From: Candidatus Krumholzibacteriia bacterium
GTDB lineage: Bacteria; Krumholzibacteriota; Krumholzibacteriia; LZORAL124-64-63
NCBI GenBank assembly: GCA_036351155.1
Contig: JAZBOO010000392.1
Location: 1 to 19,785, forward strand
Length of the DNA stretch: 19,785 bases
Direction: 5' to 3'
In this document: piece after piece, positions 15,909 through 19,785 of the stretch
Numbering within the stretch: position 1 is the stretch's first letter
How the letters are laid out: the number at the start of each line of letters is the position of its first letter
Notes under the pieces: generated by a model
Seen by the model: the letters and a program-made list of their open reading frames with translations, nothing else
What the model was told of the DNA's origin: nothing
Database searches by the model: none
Program-made: the position numbers and the translations under genes

Positions 15909-15924
15909 CGCAAGCCATGTGCCG
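15909..15924 (-). promoter_or_regulatory. Sigma54 (-24/-12) promoter of the flgF operon
   Basis: Minus strand CGGCACA-TGGC-TTGCG versus consensus TGGCACG-N4-TTGCW; correct GG-N10-GC spacing; about 85 nt upstream of the flgF start. Confidence 0.7.
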
Positions 15925-15963
15925 CAAAAAACGAGGGCTTCTGCCCCAGTTTCAGGACAGCGA

Positions 15964-16082
15964 CGGGAAAACTTTGCCGCAGGTATTATGGGCCGGGAAG
16001 GTCAAAACCCAGTGTTTGTGAGGAGAAAACGATCCTGTGGAGTGTGCTGAGGAAAAAATTGCCGCACAGGAAAACTGTGCCC
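15964..16082. repeat. Three 16-bp imperfect boxes, candidate enhancer (bEBP) sites
   Basis: CGGGAAAACTTTGCCG (15964-15979), GAGGAAAAAATTGCCG (16049-16064) and CAGGAAAACTGTGCCC (16067-16082); shared core GGAAAA-N3-TGCC. Confidence 0.6.
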
Positions 16083-16183
16083 ATTTCGGGAAACAAGAAT
16101 CAGGAGCGCTGGCATATGCCAGGAACCGGGGCACGGGGTGGAAAATTTGTAGCCGATCACCCACGAGCCCCTTCGCTGGTCGA

Positions 16184-17677
16184 TCAGACCAGTTCGGGGG
16201 TGGAAACGGGCACTTCCTGGACATCCTCCAGGGGCTCGCTTTTCACCTCGGCCAAAGGGATCGTGAAATTGAAGGTCGAGCCTTTTCCCGGCTTGCTCGT
16301 CACATGGACCTGGCCGCCATGAGCCTCCACCAGTTTCTTCACGATGACGATGCCCAGCCCCACACCCTTGATCTTTCTCTGGGTGCGGCCGCGTGTGTAG
16401 GGTTCAAACAGAACTTCAAGCTCTCCGGGCGACATGCCTATCCCGCCATCGGTCAGGGAAATCTGAACCCAGGAATTCCGGCGGGCCACCCGGACCTTGA
16501 TCCAGCCTGATTCCACGTTGTACTTGATGGCGTTGGACATCAGGTTGCGCAGGATCTGGGTCAGCCGCAGTGAATCGGCATGGACCAGCACGCCAGGATC
16601 GGGGCAATCGTACTCCACGGAAATGTCCCGGCTCGAGGCCATGGGCTCGAGGTCGGAAATCACCTCCTCGACCAGCTCCGACACCTGGAAATCCGTGCAT
16701 TTCAGGTTTACGAAGCCTGCGTCCATCTTGCTCATATCGAGGAAATCGTTCAAAAGCGCCGTCATTTCTCCAATTTTCTTGACCACGCTGTCCAGAAATT
16801 CGCTCTGGGTGTCGTTGACCGGTCCGGTTTTCCCGCTGGCCATCAGGGAGACATATCCCTGGATCACGCTCATGGGCGACCGGAGATCGTGGGCAATCAT
16901 GGAGTGGAAGTCCGACTTCATCTTCTCGGCGGCCACTTCCTGCGACACATCCCGGAAGACATAGGCCATGGCGTTGTCGTCGTCGGGCAACCTGATGGCC
17001 GCCGTGCGACACTTCAGGTGGGTCTCCTCTCCATCGATCTTGATGGTCAGAGAAACCTCCTCCCGGGTTCCCAGGCGCATCTTTTCGATCAGGCTGTTTT
17101 CAATGCTCATGGTGCGCAGGATATCGGTCATGCTCTTGAAACTGGCCACTTCCCGGGGCATCCGAAAAATGCTGAGGAACACCTGGCTGGCCAGCAGAAT
17201 CGAGTCCTTCGAGTTGCAGATGGCCACCGGTTCATGGAGGTACCGGAAAACCTGGTTCAGCTTGTCACTCTCGGTCTGCAGCTTGTCCTGCAGATCCTTG
17301 ATGCGCAGAAAAGCCCGGATCTTCGAGTAAAGCTCCTCACCGGAGATGCTCTTGCTGATGAAATCATCAGCACCCATCTCAAGGCCCCTGATTTTCTCGC
17401 TGGTCTCGCTTTCCGAGCTGATCATCAGAATGGGAATGCCTCCGGTGTCCTGATGACGGCGGAGGATACGGCTCACGTCAAAGCCGTGCATGCCCGGCAT
17501 TTCCTTGTCCAGCAGGATAAGATCAGGCAGCGTCTCCAGGGCCAGCTTGGCCCCCACCGCTCCGTCATGGGCGGTCAGGACCCTGTACCCCTTCTTCTCC
17601 AGCAATCGCCTCAGGTAGAGGCAAGTGGGGGGAGAGTCGTCGACGACCAGAATGAGACGATCCTTGGGATCCTTCAT
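16184..17677 (-). CDS. Cytoplasmic hybrid histidine kinase: REC, PAS-like region, HisKA, HATPase
   Basis: ILVVDD...PDLILLD..MPGM.G...GADDFISK receiver; AHDLRSP H-box, [10 protein letters not shown]-box, DGGIG and GVGLG G-boxes; no obvious transmembrane helix. Confidence 0.93.
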   Translation of the reverse strand: MKDPKDRLILVVDDSPPTCLYLRRLLEKKGYRVLTAHDGAVGAKLALETLPDLILLDKEMPGMHGFDVSRILRRHQDTGGIPILMISSESETSEKIRGLEMGADDFISKSISGEELYSKIRAFLRIKDLQDKLQTESDKLNQVFRYLHEPVAICNSKDSILLASQVFLSIFRMPREVASFKSMTDILRTMSIENSLIEKMRLGTREEVSLTIKIDGEETHLKCRTAAIRLPDDDNAMAYVFRDVSQEVAAEKMKSDFHSMIAHDLRSPMSVIQGYVSLMASGKTGPVNDTQSEFLDSVVKKIGEMTALLNDFLDMSKMDAGFVNLKCTDFQVSELVEEVISDLEPMASSRDISVEYDCPDPGVLVHADSLRLTQILRNLMSNAIKYNVESGWIKVRVARRNSWVQISLTDGGIGMSPGELEVLFEPYTRGRTQRKIKGVGLGIVIVKKLVEAHGGQVHVTSKPGKGSTFNFTIPLAEVKSEPLEDVQEVPVSTPELV

Positions 17678-17740
17678 GGAAATGGGTCTCCTGAAAATAG
17701 ACAGGCAGGCCTACCCTGCCGGATTATGGGCTTATCAGGG

Positions 17741-17767
17741 TTATCGGCTGCCTCGAAGAGGTATTGA
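17741..17767 (-). promoter_or_regulatory. Sigma28 promoter of the hybrid kinase
   Basis: Minus strand TCAA-N15-GCCGATAA (perfect -10), 63 nt upstream of the ATG. Confidence 0.75.
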
Positions 17768-17790
17768 GGGGAAAAACCGGTGGAGGTGAT

Positions 17791-18183
17791 TTACCCGACC
17801 TGGTCAATGAGCATGGTGATGTGGCGTTCCAGGTTGGCCATTCCGTCGGATTCGATGTGAGTGAAAAACACGGCCACTTCGTAGTTGTGACAATCGACGG
17901 TTTCGGCCTCGGGATTGGTCCGGACCACCAGGCCCTCGCAGGGCACCAGAGCACAGCTGGTTCCGCCGGCAGACGCGGGGACATCCACTTCCAGCTCCAT
18001 GGCCAGCTTGGTCATCGGTTCGATGAAATGGTCGGACTTGAAATAGATGCCGGAAGAACTGATGTTGATGGTCTCCATGGAGGCCACACCCGTGGAACCG
18101 TCGGCGCGAGGGAATTTCACTTCAAGATTGAGATTGGCGTCAACGCGCTGGGTCTTGCGCCGTTCGTTACGAATATCCGACAT
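17791..18183 (-). CDS. Stand-alone PilZ domain protein (probable c-di-GMP receptor)
   Basis: ERRKTQR (RxxxR) and NISSSG ([D/N]xSxxG) motifs, followed by G.VVR...YEVAVFF. Confidence 0.9.
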   Translation of the reverse strand: MSDIRNERRKTQRVDANLNLEVKFPRADGSTGVASMETINISSSGIYFKSDHFIEPMTKLAMELEVDVPASAGGTSCALVPCEGLVVRTNPEAETVDCHNYEVAVFFTHIESDGMANLERHITMLIDQVG

Positions 18184-18267
18184 GAAGGTCTCCCCGGGCT
18201 ACAGTAATCGAGGCACTCGCCATACGGTACGATTGGTACCAGAATAACAAACAATTGGCCATAGAAA

Positions 18268-18294
18268 ATATCGACTTGGGGGAGTTCGACTTGA
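18268..18294 (-). promoter_or_regulatory. Sigma28 promoter of the PilZ gene
   Basis: Minus strand TCAA-N15-GTCGATAT, 84 nt upstream of the ATG. Confidence 0.65.
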
Positions 18295-18298
18295 GGGG

Positions 18299-18355
18299 AA
18301 AAGCAGGAGCCGGCCGGCACCAGGAGTTCCACACGGAATCGGGCACCGGCCGCTC
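18299..18355 (-). terminator. Long hairpin after the bS22-like gene, possible terminator
   Basis: Minus strand GAGCGGCCGGTGCC...GGTGCCGGCCGGCTC stem followed by CTGCTTTT; the U-tract is weak. Confidence 0.45.
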
Positions 18356-18362
18356 TGGCTCA

Positions 18363-18452
18363 CTACTTCTTCTTGTGACGGTTCTTACGCAACCGCTTCT
18401 TACGTTTGTGCGTCGCGATCTTTTTGCGCTTACGCTTACGCCCGTTAGGCAT
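18363..18452 (-). CDS. 29-aa basic protein, bS22 / mS38 (AURKAIP1/COX24-like) ribosomal protein family
   Basis: Not in the ORF track. Hand translation MPNGRKRKRKKIATHKRKKRLRKNRHKKK*, with double stop TAG-TGA and AAGGAAG upstream. It resembles the Bacteroidota-type bS22 pattern MPSGKKRKRHK.ATHKRKKR...NRHKKK as I recall it. Confidence 0.88.
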   Translation of the reverse strand: MPNGRKRKRKKIATHKRKKRLRKNRHKKK

Positions 18453-18568
18453 CGTAGTCTTCCTTTCCCTGGTTAAACCCGCGTCCCAAGGTTTGCACTT
18501 TGAGCGCTAACGGGACACACCGACCCACGAGGGAGCCAGAGGTCCTCGCGGGCACGTTCAGACTGCAC

Positions 18569-18597
18569 AAGATAGGCAATGGGAAGTCCCTGGACAA
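18569..18597 (-). promoter_or_regulatory. Sigma70-type promoter of the bS22-like gene
   Basis: Minus strand TTGTCC-N17-TATCTT. Confidence 0.6.
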
Positions 18598-18614
18598 CAT
18601 TGAACTTGGCCGGA

Positions 18615-18896
18615 TCAATCTTTTTTGTTGAGTCCGGACTTCAATTCGTTGGAGGCCTTGAAAAAAGGCACGCGCTTGGCGGGAACGTCGACGGACTCCC
18701 CGGTGCGCGGATTCCTGGCCAAACGGGCGCGTCGAGTTTTCACCTTGAAGCTGCCAAACCCACGCAATTCAACCTTGTCTCCCCGGACCAGAGCCTGGCC
18801 GATATTCTCCATGATCAGGTTGACGATGATGCTGGTATCCTTCTTGTTGACACCCGTCTCTTCAGAGATGATTTCGACCAACTCGGCTTTGGTCAT
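18615..18896 (-). CDS. IHF/HU family DNA-binding protein (93 aa, IHF-beta-like)
   Basis: MTKAELV...GDKVELRGFGSF......ARNPRTGE.V.VPAK.VPFFK.S.ELK. Start moved to ATG at 18896 with AAGGAG RBS. Confidence 0.95.
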   Translation of the reverse strand: MTKAELVEIISEETGVNKKDTSIIVNLIMENIGQALVRGDKVELRGFGSFKVKTRRARLARNPRTGESVDVPAKRVPFFKASNELKSGLNKKD

Positions 18897-19341
18897 GCCC
18901 TCTCCTTTGACATGGACATGTCGCCCGTCAAGACGACCGTTCCTGGAATTGAATGGCAAATCGGGGATGAAATGCTTTGTTTCCCGTTGTTTACAGTATC
19001 TAATGAGTATCACAACTTGCCATATTATTCCAGAAAAAATGTTCCCCGCTTTCTGCCGCGTGTCTGAAGACATCACTTACAACACGGAGAGCGTAAGTGA
19101 ATCAACAAACAAGCACGAGCAGCGCAGAGAACATTGTTACGGTTCTCATTGCAACCGGCGTGCCTGTTCTCGGCAGGGCGGACAGCAATGTCAGGTTAAT
19201 TATTTGCAAGGACTTACGGGATCAGGCAGAGATTGAGACTGTGGCCATCCAGGGCCAGCCCCATGCAAATTGGAAGCGTTCGGACCTCGCGGGAAATCAT
19301 GGGGACGCATTATGCAATCCCCTACCTCACAAGCAATTGGC

Positions 19342-19785
19342 TCAGGGAGCCAGAAAACGAAAAAGAGCTTCATGCCCCTCGGTGAGCTGGCATCCCCGGC
19401 GGGCCATGACCACCCGGGCCGTTTCCACGGCCTTTTCCGGTGCGTACACGGGACTATCACTCCCGCCTCCCCAGTTGAACGCAGATACGAACTTGGGAGG
19501 CATAAAACCGCCAAAAATGTTGCTGGCAAAACCCACGCAAGTGCCCGTATTGAAGAGGGTTCCGATGGCAGTCTTGGCGTGGTCGGCCATCATCAGCCCC
19601 ACAAACCTGAGGCCGGTGTCCGTGGCTCCCAGTCCCAGATCCACCCGGACGGGACCGTAGTTGTTCTTCAAATCACTGCAGGTGGTCATGGCTCCAAGAT
19701 TCACCCAGGATCCCAGAACCGCGTGCCCGATGAACCCTTCATGCTGCTTGTTGGAAAAATCGCCAAAGGTGCTTTCCCCGATTTC
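19342..19785 (-). CDS. GlmU-like sugar nucleotidyltransferase/acyltransferase, C-terminal beta-helix part (5' end beyond the window)
   Basis: Frame is open to the window edge: EIGESTFGDFSNKQHEGFIGHAVLGSWVNLGAMTTCSDLKNNY...DHAKTAIGTLFNTG..VG...NIFG, the NKxHxGFxG..W.NLGA.T..S.LKNNY pattern of alternative bacterial GlmU-like proteins. Confidence 0.8.
   Translation of the reverse strand, partial: EIGESTFGDFSNKQHEGFIGHAVLGSWVNLGAMTTCSDLKNNYGPVRVDLGLGATDTGLRFVGLMMADHAKTAIGTLFNTGTCVGFASNIFGGFMPPKFVSAFNWGGGSDSPVYAPEKAVETARVVMARRGCQLTEGHEALFRFLAP

Noticed and set aside
11384..17767. Long + strand ORFs at 11384-12649 and 16580-17767 and other antisense ORFs
   Set aside because: Antisense shadows of flgI and the kinase with no domain signatures.
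18453..18614. Possible 6S RNA or tRNA between the IHF/HU and bS22-like genes
   Set aside because: I could not build a long closing stem with a central bubble, or a cloverleaf. Two local hairpins after a promoter fit a 5' leader better.
1..19785. CRISPR arrays, IS elements, integrases, rRNA or tRNA genes
   Set aside because: I saw no regularly spaced repeats, transposase-like ORFs or structural RNA gene signatures. The repeats present are explained by flagellin paralogy and regulatory motifs.

Overview
A GC-rich bacterial flagellar locus with a few adjacent signalling and housekeeping genes. On the + strand are at least four tandem short flagellins (one truncated at the window edge), then flaG-fliD-fliS and a FliT-like gene ending at a bidirectional terminator. 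Converging on the - strand is flgF-flgG-flgA-flgH-flgI-flgJ-flgN-flgK-flgL-fliW-csrA. Upstream of that, also on -, are a REC-histidine kinase, a PilZ protein, a 29-aa bS22-like ribosomal protein missed by the ORF track, an IHF/HU protein and the 3' end of a GlmU-like protein. The genes belong to known families and I see no wholly new system. The notable signals are regulatory and architectural: CsrA-type GGA hairpins with compensatory stem changes over each flagellin RBS, an extra conserved leader motif, sigma28 promoters on the flagellins, PilZ gene and kinase, sigma54 promoters with repeated enhancer-like boxes (one promoter lies inside flgJ), a rod-cap/lytic transglycosylase FlgJ fusion, FlgH without a lipobox, CsrA lacking Asn55, and a structured bS22 leader. 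The marker mix suggests an FCB-group-like diderm, which is inference only. All calls come from reading motifs by eye; no database searches were run.
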